Assembly: GCA_032249095.1 (NCBI GenBank)
Contig: JAVVGN010000021.1
Location: 1 to 24,881, forward strand
Origin: Candidatus Caldarchaeales archaeon
GTDB taxonomy: Archaea > Thermoproteota > Nitrososphaeria_A > Caldarchaeales > Calditenuaceae
Length of the DNA: 24,881 nt
Reading direction: 5' to 3'
Shown: positions 14,886 through 23,792 of the stretch, one piece after another
Numbering within the stretch: the stretch's first letter is position 1
Layout: each line of letters opens with the position of its first letter
Notes under the pieces: model-generated
What the model saw: the letters and a program-made list of their open reading frames with translations, nothing else
What the model was told of the DNA's origin: nothing
Database searches by the model: none
Program-made: the position numbers and the translations under genes

Positions 14886-16977
14886 GAGACAGATAGAGGC
14901 GGCACTAGAGCGGCGGGAGGAGATCGAGACTAGGTGGCGGAGCCTCCTCGCGATGGCGGAGAAGTCAAGGGAGGCGATAAGGGTACTAGAGTATAGACAT
15001 CTACGCGAACTCTTTGAGGTGCGAAGCAGGTCGCTGGAGATGCTTCCCCGGCTCCTAGAAACTCTTTCAGCCTCTGTCTCTGGCGCTGGCGGCCATCTCT
15101 ATGTAGCAAAGACGGCGGAGGATGCTAGGCGCTACATAGCCGAAATAGCGGCAAGCAGGAACGTGAGGCTGGTCATAAAGTCTAAGACGATGACGGGGGA
15201 GGAGATCGGGATAAACCAGGCCTTAGAGTCATTGGGGGTAGAGGTCGTCGAGACGGATCTGGGGGAGCGTGTAGTGCAGCTTGCGGGGCACAGGCCCACC
15301 CACATTATAGCTCCCGCAGTACACCTCGGCAGGAGGGAGATAGCCTCCCTAATTAGACGGAAAGTAGGGAGCGAGGTGGAGGAGGACCCCACAAAGATAA
15401 CCAACTTCTTCAGGTCTCATCTCTGGCAGTTCTTCAAGTCAGCAGACATGGGGGTGACAGGAGCCAACATCGTCGTTGCAGAGACAGGACACGTTGTTCT
15501 TGTCACAAACGAGGGCAACGGGAGACTAGTGGCCACCATGCCGCGTATAGTAGTCTCCGTCGCAGGTGTGGAGAAGGTCGTGGAGAAGTGGGAGGACGCG
15601 GCGAGAATCCTCCGCGTTCTTCCCGCCCGAGCGATAGGCAAGCGCTCGACAAGCTACATAACGGTGCTCGGGCCGAAGGGGCCTTTTGCGTGGAGAGAGG
15701 GGAGAGAGTTTCACCTTGTCTTGATAGACAATGGGAGGATCGGCGCCCTTGAGAACGAGTGGCTGGGACAGACTCTAAGATGCATCAGATGCGCGGCCTG
15801 TCTCGATGTCTGCCCGACCTACCGGATCCTCGGCGGGGGAGTCTTCGGAGACATATACGTGGGGGCGATGGGCGTGCTGTGGACCGCCATAACAAATTCC
15901 GTCCAAAGGGCCGCGGAGATAGCGAGATACTGCGTCTCCTGCAGCCTATGCCACGATGTCTGTCCAGCACGAATAGAGATACCGCTCGCCATATCTTGGA
16001 TCAAGCACCAGGGCCGCGCCTATACCCTCCGCGAAAGAATGCTCACGATGTATGAGTCCTATGCCCTGCTCGGGTCGAGGGCGGCTCGCCTCTTCAACTG
16101 GCTGCAGGAAAACAAGTCCGCTAGGAGGCTGGTGGAGCTCGTCCTAGGCCTAGATAGGCGGAGGCTAATGCATAGATTCAGGGGCGGAGACCTGTACAGG
16201 GTGCTTGGGCCGGCATATCTCGAGAGGTCTGACGCCGACGTCGTGTATTTCCCAGATACCTACGCAGCCTACATCGACTGGAGCATCGGGGTCTTATCCG
16301 TTAGGGTGCTGGAGCGGCTGGGATACAGGGTCGCCCTCGTTAAGACGCAGGGCTCGGGGATGCCCGCCATCCAATACGGACTACACCACGTCGCCAAGAG
16401 AATAGCTGAGAAAAACGTGGCGAGACTCGCAGCCTACGCCGAACGAGGCGCATGGATCGTTTGTAGCGAGCCCACAGCGGCCTATTGCCTAGCAAATGCG
16501 TATCCAAAGCTGCTAAAGACGAGTACTGCGACGGAGGTCGCGGAATCGACCAGGGAGCTAATGTCCTTCATAGCCTCCGAGACAAAACTACCCGCTCAGG
16601 CCAAAGCTTCTAGTGGGGGGAGCCAGATCTTCTACCACTACCCTTGCCACTCCAGGCTAGTCGCGCCTAGCACGCCCTCCGCAGACCTCCTATCCTCCCT
16701 CGGGCTCGAGGTTAGGACTAGGGACTATGGCTGCTGCGGGATTGCGGGGACATGGGGGATGAGGCGGGCCCACGAGGGTTATAGCGTGAGCTCTGAGATA
16801 GGTAGACGAATCGCCCGGGAGGTTCTGAAGACAAACTGCTCTGAGGTGGCGACCGAGAGTAGCGTCTGTGCGCTGCAGCTACGACAATTCACCGGCCTCC
16901 GAGTATACCACACCGTGAGGTATCTTGCTGAGGCCCTCGGCATAGCGGATAGGGGCTGGGAGATGCTAAACTTTTAA
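14878..16977 (+). CDS. LutB-like LUD/4Fe-4S protein fused to cysteine-rich CCG domains (LutA/GlcF/HdrD-like)
   Basis: LUD domain (GVTGANIVVAETGHVVLVTNEGNGRL). Two ferredoxin-type clusters (CIRCAACLDVCP, CVSCSLCHDVCP). C-terminal CCG motifs (YHYPCH, GCCGIAGTWG). Start placed at the ATG at 14878, which overlaps the upstream gene by 8 nt. The ORF track starts at GTG 14854. Confidence 0.8.
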   Translation: MSRRQIEAALERREEIETRWRSLLAMAEKSREAIRVLEYRHLRELFEVRSRSLEMLPRLLETLSASVSGAGGHLYVAKTAEDARRYIAEIAASRNVRLVIKSKTMTGEEIGINQALESLGVEVVETDLGERVVQLAGHRPTHIIAPAVHLGRREIASLIRRKVGSEVEEDPTKITNFFRSHLWQFFKSADMGVTGANIVVAETGHVVLVTNEGNGRLVATMPRIVVSVAGVEKVVEKWEDAARILRVLPARAIGKRSTSYITVLGPKGPFAWREGREFHLVLIDNGRIGALENEWLGQTLRCIRCAACLDVCPTYRILGGGVFGDIYVGAMGVLWTAITNSVQRAAEIARYCVSCSLCHDVCPARIEIPLAISWIKHQGRAYTLRERMLTMYESYALLGSRAARLFNWLQENKSARRLVELVLGLDRRRLMHRFRGGDLYRVLGPAYLERSDADVVYFPDTYAAYIDWSIGVLSVRVLERLGYRVALVKTQGSGMPAIQYGLHHVAKRIAEKNVARLAAYAERGAWIVCSEPTAAYCLANAYPKLLKTSTATEVAESTRELMSFIASETKLPAQAKASSGGSQIFYHYPCHSRLVAPSTPSADLLSSLGLEVRTRDYGCCGIAGTWGMRRAHEGYSVSSEIGRRIAREVLKTNCSEVATESSVCALQLRQFTGLRVYHTVRYLAEALGIADRGWEMLNF

Positions 16978-17001
16978 ACGCGCCCAAACCACTCTACTGG
17001 C

Positions 17002-17571
17002 GTGAAGGAGGTCATCCTGCCTTACGAGGGTAGAGAGTTCTACGAGATCGAGGTCGCTGGGATGAGGAGGGTTCTGCCCCTCCTCAGGGTCTCGAAAGAC
17101 ACCTGGATAGCCTACTTCGACAGCCTAGGTGACCGCGAGTTCATCTCTAGGTGCGCCGCACTTCTCTCCGAGAGGCTAAAGGGGTGCGACATACTCCTCA
17201 CGTCTGAAAGCAAGGGAATCCCGCTAGTACACGAAATAGCATCAATCCTAGGTCACCAAAGATACATCGTGGCACGGAAAGAGGTGAAGCCCTTCATGAT
17301 AAACCCCATCATAACTGAGTGCAAGCCCGTGACCAGTAAGGACGTGATTAGGCTCAGCATAGACGGACGCTACAAGAAGTACATCGAGGACAAGGACGTC
17401 GGCATAGTGGACGACATAGTCAGCACGAGGGAGACGATGGCAGCCCTCGAGAGGCTCGTCAGACTTGCGGGTGGCCGCGTCTTCAAGAAGGCGGCGATAC
17501 TTCTCGAAGGAGCCGTCTTCGAGGACGTGGACTACCTAGGTATTCTCCCCATATTCAAAGGGAACGGCTAG
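17002..17571 (+). CDS. Phosphoribosyltransferase (archaeal adenine/purine PRTase-like)
   Basis: PRPP-binding motif DVGIVDDIVSTRETMAAL. N-terminal VAGMRRVLPLLRV...IAYFDSLGD is typical of archaeal Apt-like PRTases. GTG start. Confidence 0.75.
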   Translation: MKEVILPYEGREFYEIEVAGMRRVLPLLRVSKDTWIAYFDSLGDREFISRCAALLSERLKGCDILLTSESKGIPLVHEIASILGHQRYIVARKEVKPFMINPIITECKPVTSKDVIRLSIDGRYKKYIEDKDVGIVDDIVSTRETMAALERLVRLAGGRVFKKAAILLEGAVFEDVDYLGILPIFKGNG

Positions 17572-17710
17572 GGTATTCGCTGCGCAATACCATGAGAGCC
17601 CGCTTAACATATTCTCAGTATATTGTCTGAGGATATAGTAGAAGAATCTCCACACCCCTGCGGCGGTCAACGGTTATAGGCGGTGGTGAGCAAGGCATGC
17701 GTCAAGACAG

Positions 17711-18901
17711 ATGTACACCATCGCGAGGGTTTCTAGCTGGGATCTCGAGGGATGCTGGAAGTACTACTCGCGCGGGTGGGAGAGCAGCCTCCACAGACTC
17801 TGCTCACGCACTGGGTCCTTCCCGCCAGCCATGGCACACTACTATATCTCGAAGTACACCGAGCCCGGGTGGCTTGTGCTGGACCCTTTCGCTGGGAAGG
17901 GTACGGCTCCGCTCGAGGCATGCCTGAACGGGAGGATCGGTATAGGCAACGACCTGGCGCCAGAAGCGTTCGTCCTGACACACGCAAAGGTTAGGCCCGC
18001 AACGTACGGGGAGGTTGAGGATTGGGTGAGGAGGAACCGAGCATCAATAGCTATGGGAGTTGACCCAGATGCCCCGGAGGAGGTCCAGGCATTTTACCAC
18101 AGGTCGACTCTCAGACAGCTCATGGCTCTGAGAGAGCTACTGATGCGCGACGACACGCGGCTCGGAATCTTCCTCAAGGGGCTTGTCTTAGGGATTCTTC
18201 ACGGCTCGAGTAGCTGCAGCCTCTCCGTCAAATGTTCCCACTCGTTCTCAATGTCTCCAGGCTACGTCGCCCGATCCCGGAGGAGGTTAGGGCTCTCCAA
18301 GCCTCGTAGAGACGTGTCGAGATGCATTCTAGAGAGGGCTGCCAGCATACTCTTTGGGAGGCTGCCCGTGGTAGAGGGCCAGGCCTATAACTGCGACGCT
18401 CGGAGCCTACCGCTTCCTTCATCGATAGCCGACTTCATCATAACATCCCCGCCATACCTCAACATGCAGACCTACGCCTGGGACAACTGGCTGAGGCTCT
18501 GGTTCCTAGGATACGATTACAGAGAGGTGGGGCGGCGCCTCTTCCACTCCCAGTCCCTATCCAGGTTCGCCGAGTTCATGGAGCAGTCACTCCGCGAGAT
18601 GTATCGCCTGCTAAAGCGCGACAGGGCCTGCGTCATAGTGCTCGGCATAGTCAAGAAAAGGGGCGTCCTGATAGATCTCGCCGAGTTCGTAAGGCCGATA
18701 GCCGAGCGTGTCGGCTTCAACGTGAGGCGGGTCGTCTACGACAACATCCCCAAGGAGAGCAAATACCTTATGTATATAGGAGACAAGCAGGGGGTTAGCA
18801 GAGAAGCTGTGCTGGAGCTGGAGAAGGGAGAGGCGTCTGAGAGACCGGTGCATACTCCGCTAAAAACTCGGCAATTATCGGGGAGGATGGTTACTGCTTG
18901 A
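17711..18901 (+). CDS. DNA methyltransferase (N4-C/N6-A type) with the AdoMet motif ahead of the SPPY catalytic motif
   Basis: SFPPAMAHYYISKYTEPGWLVLDPFAGKGTAPLEA is the motif X/I region. About 170 aa downstream, FIITSPPYLNMQTYAWDNW...MYRLLKRDRACVIVLG is the motif IV region. Both resemble the N6_N4_Mtase domain but in permuted order. Confidence 0.75.
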   Translation: MYTIARVSSWDLEGCWKYYSRGWESSLHRLCSRTGSFPPAMAHYYISKYTEPGWLVLDPFAGKGTAPLEACLNGRIGIGNDLAPEAFVLTHAKVRPATYGEVEDWVRRNRASIAMGVDPDAPEEVQAFYHRSTLRQLMALRELLMRDDTRLGIFLKGLVLGILHGSSSCSLSVKCSHSFSMSPGYVARSRRRLGLSKPRRDVSRCILERAASILFGRLPVVEGQAYNCDARSLPLPSSIADFIITSPPYLNMQTYAWDNWLRLWFLGYDYREVGRRLFHSQSLSRFAEFMEQSLREMYRLLKRDRACVIVLGIVKKRGVLIDLAEFVRPIAERVGFNVRRVVYDNIPKESKYLMYIGDKQGVSREAVLELEKGEASERPVHTPLKTRQLSGRMVTA

Positions 18902-20025
18902 TGATTGAGAGCCACGGTGAGGTATGCAGGCTCGGATACCTCCGGCTGATCGTGGCCGCCGCGAAGTCGGAGTCTGCTCGGGACCAAGCGTCTCAGAGCT
19001 TCTTAGCGTCTATCCTCGAGGAATCTGTTAAAAAGCTGAAGGAACCGCCGGCCTCTCAGGTCGACGCTGTAGGATTGATAAGGAGCACAGTTGCGGCGCG
19101 AAACTACGTATCCCTCGCGGCAGACCTTAACTTGCTCAGCAAGAAGTCACCAACCCTCGGCGAGAACGGCATCGTCTACGCCTTTACCAGAAGTATCGCG
19201 CACAGCGAAGCCTTTCTTAGGGGCGAGGCCGAGCTGTCACTCCTAGACGTGATAACCCTGAAGCCGGTTGAGCGCCTATTCTTCTTCTGGCTCCTAGTAG
19301 TAAACGACTATCTCGTCTTACCCAGCATAATTAGATGGGTCTTGGAGACCGAGAGCTTCTCCAGGCTGGAGGCCATGAACTATGTCATGGAAGATCTTTA
19401 CCCGCAGGCCCTGCAGTCCATACTCGCGGCAGCTGGTAAGAGGGCTCAGAGCGAGCTGCTGCCAAAGCTAGAGGCGGCTCAGAGGTATAGGGAGGAAAGG
19501 CTCAAATATTCGAGGAAGGCTGAGTGGATCAGAAGCAGCCTCTACGCCAAGTATAGGCACATCGTGCCACCGAGGCTGGAGTGGCTCGTCGACCTAGGAC
19601 TGCTGAGGCGGGTCAAGAGGGGGCGCTACGACGTCTCAGACCAAGTGCTGGGTCATAAGGCCCTTTTCCTCAAAACCCTCTCCTACCCGCCCTCAAAGAT
19701 CACGGAGCAGATCTTCTCGACGCTTGCTCCCGTGATGATCCAGTACGCCGGCAAAGCCTCTAGGGAAGCTTTGAACAAGGAGCTCATAAACACGTTTAAC
19801 GCAATCTCCACATACCTCGGCGGCCCAGTAAAAATAAGGCTCCTAGAACTCGCCGTCTGCATACGACTGCTAGAGAATAACCAGGTAGCGACGCCGTCCC
19901 AAATTCGCGAAACCATAAACAAACTCTCAGTCCTTTACCCAGACAAGATATACCTAGTCCCAGGACCGGACGACAACCTGTACCTCTCCAGAATAAACCT
20001 CAGCCCAAAAGAACTAGCCCTCTAA
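18901..20025 (+). CDS. Hypothetical protein, mostly helical with a central winged-helix-like segment. Partner of the methyltransferase.
   Basis: Its ATG at 18901 shares one nucleotide with the MTase TGA (tgATG). The ORF track uses the TTG at 18898. PPRLEWLVDLGLLRRVKRGRYDVSD looks like a wHTH wing. I could not recognise a PD-(D/E)xK, HNH or GIY-YIG motif. Confidence 0.5.
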   Translation: MIESHGEVCRLGYLRLIVAAAKSESARDQASQSFLASILEESVKKLKEPPASQVDAVGLIRSTVAARNYVSLAADLNLLSKKSPTLGENGIVYAFTRSIAHSEAFLRGEAELSLLDVITLKPVERLFFFWLLVVNDYLVLPSIIRWVLETESFSRLEAMNYVMEDLYPQALQSILAAAGKRAQSELLPKLEAAQRYREERLKYSRKAEWIRSSLYAKYRHIVPPRLEWLVDLGLLRRVKRGRYDVSDQVLGHKALFLKTLSYPPSKITEQIFSTLAPVMIQYAGKASREALNKELINTFNAISTYLGGPVKIRLLELAVCIRLLENNQVATPSQIRETINKLSVLYPDKIYLVPGPDDNLYLSRINLSPKELAL

Positions 20026-20281
20026 AGGATTAACAACTATGTTATGTATTAGATTCTTCGGGCTGATACTCTATATTTTAATAGGATAGTGTTATAATAA
20101 CAGGTTTTATAGCTGAAGAATTCCTATAGTAGCCCCGCGAGTCGAAATAGGAGCCCCTAGAGGGTATTTAAAGCCTTATTCAGACACCATAGGCGCTGTA
20201 CAAGTAACCCTTAAAATTTTGCGCCAAGTCCTATACTAGTGACTAGTGTCAATGGTTGAGAAGAAGCAGATTGCTTGTATA

Positions 20282-20319
20282 TTGAGTGCAAAGTTCTCCC
20301 TTGAGTGCAGAGTTCTCCC
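20282..20319 (+). repeat. Tandem 19-nt direct repeat (2 units, 1 mismatch) in the ADH upstream region
   Basis: ttgagtgcaaagttctccc followed by ttgagtgcagagttctccc. It lies immediately downstream of a TATA-like gtatatt and ~33 nt upstream of the likely TTG start at 20352. Confidence 0.8.
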
Positions 20320-20351
20320 CTAGGCCAGGTTATACGCCGAATGAGAGGGAA

Positions 20352-21455
20352 TTGACTACTCGGAAGGCTATCAATGGAAGCAGAGTTTGGAAACACCCCA
20401 CGGCTCAGTTAAACGAGACTCCAATACCCAAGCCCGGTCATGGACGGGTGCTGATTGGTTTAAAGGCGGTAGGCATCTGCGGCTCAGACATTCATATGGT
20501 TGAGAGCGATTCAAGTGGTTGGATGCTCTATCCTGGGCTGACCAAACTTCCGGTGGTTCCTGGACATGAGCTATCGGGCCAGGTTGTGGAGGTGGGTCCA
20601 GGGGTTGAGGGCATCAGGTCTGGTGGCATGGTGGTTGTTGAGGAGATGCAATGGTGTGGAATGTGCTACGCGTGTAGGACCTCGTATTATAATCAATGTG
20701 AACACCTCGAAGAGGTTGGATTTACAATAAATGGTGGAATGGAGGAATACATGGTTACGGACACTAAGTTCGTTTGGAAAATAAATGGTTTTTTAGATGT
20801 GTTCGGTAGCGAGGAAAGAGCATTCGAGGTAGGGTCATTGGTTGAACCCATATGCGTCAGCTACAACGCAATATTCGTTAGAGCTGACAATTACAGACCA
20901 GGATGGAATGTTGTGGTGTGGGGTGCGGGTCCTATAGGGCTTGGGGCGGTTGCTCTTTTGAAGGCTGCAGGTGCTGCAAAAATCATAGTGATGGAGCCCG
21001 TGGAGAAGAGGAGAGAGATAGCAAAGTATCTTGGTGCTACACACATTTTTGATCCAATAGTGCTGAAGAAAAAAGGTGTTAGACCATTTGAAAAGGTGCT
21101 TGAGGTAACGGATGGTATGGGTGCTAACTTGCATGTAGAGGCCACAGGTGTTCCAGCAGAGGTGCTCCCTGAAATAGAGAGGTCTCTTGCAATAGTTGGC
21201 TCTGTGGTTTGGATAGGGAGAGCGGATCAAGAGGCCCCGATTTGGTTAGAGCGTTTCCAGACAAGAGCTGCCCAGCTCTTTGGTTCACAAGGCCATGCAG
21301 GGAATGCGGTATTCCCCTCTGTGATTAGGATGATAGAGAGCGGGATCCTCGATCCAGCACCAATAATAACAACTAGATACAGGTTATCAGATGTTTTGGA
21401 GGCGTTTGAGCGTGCTAAAGAAAGAAGGGAAGTCAAAGTTTTAGTAAAGCCATGA
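20352..21455 (+). CDS. Zinc-dependent medium-chain alcohol/polyol dehydrogenase (sorbitol/threonine DH-like)
   Basis: GICGSDIHM, PGHELSGQVVEVG and the Rossmann motif VVWGAGPIGLGA. Start set at TTG 20352 because the homologous N-terminus (TTRKAI...) begins there. The 20286 start would read through a 19-nt tandem repeat. Confidence 0.85.
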   Translation: MTTRKAINGSRVWKHPTAQLNETPIPKPGHGRVLIGLKAVGICGSDIHMVESDSSGWMLYPGLTKLPVVPGHELSGQVVEVGPGVEGIRSGGMVVVEEMQWCGMCYACRTSYYNQCEHLEEVGFTINGGMEEYMVTDTKFVWKINGFLDVFGSEERAFEVGSLVEPICVSYNAIFVRADNYRPGWNVVVWGAGPIGLGAVALLKAAGAAKIIVMEPVEKRREIAKYLGATHIFDPIVLKKKGVRPFEKVLEVTDGMGANLHVEATGVPAEVLPEIERSLAIVGSVVWIGRADQEAPIWLERFQTRAAQLFGSQGHAGNAVFPSVIRMIESGILDPAPIITTRYRLSDVLEAFERAKERREVKVLVKP

Positions 21456-22200
21456 AACTGTCTGCCAAAGAACCCATGTTGGACATCAGAGGGTATGGGA
21501 AGATAATAATTTTTCATCCACACGACAACGTAGCGATTGCAGCGGAAAGAATAGAAAAGGGGGAAAAGCTGGTTGTAGGGGATCTTGAAATGGTAATTAA
21601 GGAGTCTATACCTCAGTGGCACACAATTGCAATCAAGCCGATAAAAAGGAGATTATGTAATAAAATTAGGCTGTAAAATAGGAAAGGCTTCACGTAGGAT
21701 CATTATAGGAGAATGGGTCAGCACTCACAATTTGTCGAGCCACTGGTTTAGGGGGCGGGCTGTTTGGAGAGTGAGAGCAGGCTAAATGTTTTCCTACGAG
21801 ATGATCCGTTCTTTCCGCTTGGGATACGGAATAAAGTAGTCGTAATATCTGTGGCAGCATCAGCCAGCCATGCTGTTAAAAAGGATCTCAGCCGCTGCAG
21901 GTGCTCCCGGATTCATACATGCCAAGGGTACGGACGGAGAAGTAGGTATAGACGCGGAAATTACTAGGAGGACGTTAATTAACGTGGCACTAAACCCAAA
22001 TGTCTACGCGGTACTATTCGTAGGTCTAGGTGACGAAAGGTTCAACGCACAAGATCTAGGCGAGCTCGTAGAAGAAAAGAAGCCCTCTAAATGGCTCCAT
22101 ATCCACTCTTTAGGGGAATCAGGGGCCATCCAGAAAGGTTTTGAAATTGTAAGCGGTATGTTAGAAGAGGCCTCGCTACAACACAGGACGGCCATAAGTG
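21452..22200 (+). pseudogene. uxaA: Altronate/galactarate dehydratase (UxaA/GarD family), multiply frameshifted and 3'-truncated
   Basis: The homology runs through several frames:
- SAF domain FHPHDNVAIAAERIEKGEKL...IAIKPIK.
- It continues in another frame as KGDYVIKLGCKIGKASRRIIIGEWVSTHN after an A5 run (21643-21647).
- Further pieces are FFPLGIRNKVVVISV and RTLINVALNPNVYAVLFVGLGDE, in two more frames.
- Homology ends near 22200, where an antisense transposase fragment begins. Confidence 0.75.
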
Positions 22201-22501
22201 GCTTATTTATACACCTCCTAAGGGCCTTCTTGAGGAATGATAATGCGTTTAGACTGCTCCTACCATAAGACGCCTCCAGAGCCAATAATTCCTTGGAATC
22301 CACATCTACTGCAGACCATATGTATACGTAAGATTTCTTGACACGTAGTTTGGTCTCATCAACAGCTATACACCTCCCATACCTAGGCTCAGTAGCAACC
22401 CTGACCTCAGATACCTTCTTGGCGAGGTAGTGGACGACAGACTTGCTTATCGGCTCCAAACCCATGCTAAGGACCCTAGACACCTTTCCTACAGCCACCA
22501 T
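22196..22501 (-). mobile_element. Fragment of a DDE transposase gene (IS6-family-like), C-terminally truncated
   Basis: GRCIAVDETKLRVKKSYVYIWSAVDVDSKELLALEASYGRSSLNALSFLKKAL matches the first-Asp region of IS6-type transposases (vDET......yLW.AiD....eiLa..vs..R....A..FL). The remainder of ORF 22004-22501 is antisense to the uxaA remnant. Neither the DDE completion nor terminal inverted repeats were identified. Confidence 0.55.
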
Positions 22502-22779
22502 GAAACATGTAGCCCAACACTGCTAGTACCTCAACCTCCCTACTCTTTTATTATTACGAATAAAACAGCTCGAAACTAGGGCTACAACATCCATACAAAC
22601 AAGACAAATCAACAGGCCTTTAAATATAACGCCTTATTTGGACATTATCCGAGCTGCGTTTCTTACGTTGAATCGATTCTCATATCTCCAGTCGAGTCTG
22701 TTTAAACATTGCTCCCGCTCTAACGTCTGATCTGTTACTCTTATGAAAATTTAAGTAAGAAAACCAAGGAACTAGTTAG

Positions 22780-23792
22780 ATGAGTCTTTATAAAGAGCAG
22801 CTTAAGAGATACGTGATCAGAAAGATTGTCAGCTATATCATCGTTCTCTTTCTAACTATCACAGCGGTTTTCTTCATATTAAGGTTGATTCCCGGCAACC
22901 CTATTCGCGTATACGTATACATGTTGAAGTCACGATATGGTTTTGAACCTGTTGGGTACGTGACTATAAGGATGTTTGAAGAAATGTTCGGCCTTAATCA
23001 GGATATCTTCACACAACATGTGATTTTCCTTCGAAGACTTTTCTTTGAACTAAATTTGGGTCCCTCCTTCATCGCTTTTCCCACACCTGCTCAAGAATTA
23101 ATACTTCGCCACCTGCCATGGACTATAATTCTTTTATCCGTTACAACTGCTTTCTCATGGATGGTGGGTCTTTTGCTGGGCGTGCTTGTTGGATGGAAAC
23201 GTGGTACAAGGTTTGACAATGTATTCTTTACTTTATCTCTAGTATTCTCTCAGATACCATACTACATCCTTGCCGTTATACTCCTCTTACTATTCGCTTA
23301 CATCATCCCTGTCCTCCCCTCAAGAGGTGCATATGCAGCTACATTAGTGACCCTCGACATAAATTTCGTCCTTAGCGCTCTCCAACACGCGCTGTTGCCT
23401 GCTTCTTCAATAATTATTGTGTTTATGATGAACTGGCTGATTTCTACAAGATCTTTGGCAATCACTATATTAGGAGAGGATTACTTACAATATGCTTTAG
23501 CTAAAGGCTTGAGTACAAAAAGAATATTAACGCGCTATATTCTAAGGAATACACTTTTGCCTAGGCTACGGGCTTAGCTATATCTTTAGGTTTCATTCTA
23601 TCTGGAGCATTTTTAGTAGAGTGGATATTTGTTTACCCGGGTATAGGCACACTCTTTGTAAGTTCTGTAGGATTGATCGATTTTAATGTGTTGCAAGGCA
23701 TAATTATACTGACAATCTTTGCTGTTTTGACGGCTAACTTGATAATGGACTTGATTTATCCGATAATTGACCTTCGGGTTGCGCTAACATGA
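22780..23792 (+). pseudogene. oppB: Peptide/nickel-type ABC transporter permease (OppB/DppB family) with one frameshift near 23561-23566
   Basis: ORF 22780-23577 ends at ...RNTLLPRLRA*. The conserved C-terminus continues in another frame to TGA 23790-23792: ATGLAISLGFILSGAFLVEWIFVYPGIGTLFVSSVGLIDFNVLQGIIILTIFAVLTANLIMDLIYPIIDLRVALT. That stop forms an ATGA overlap with the next gene. Confidence 0.75.
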
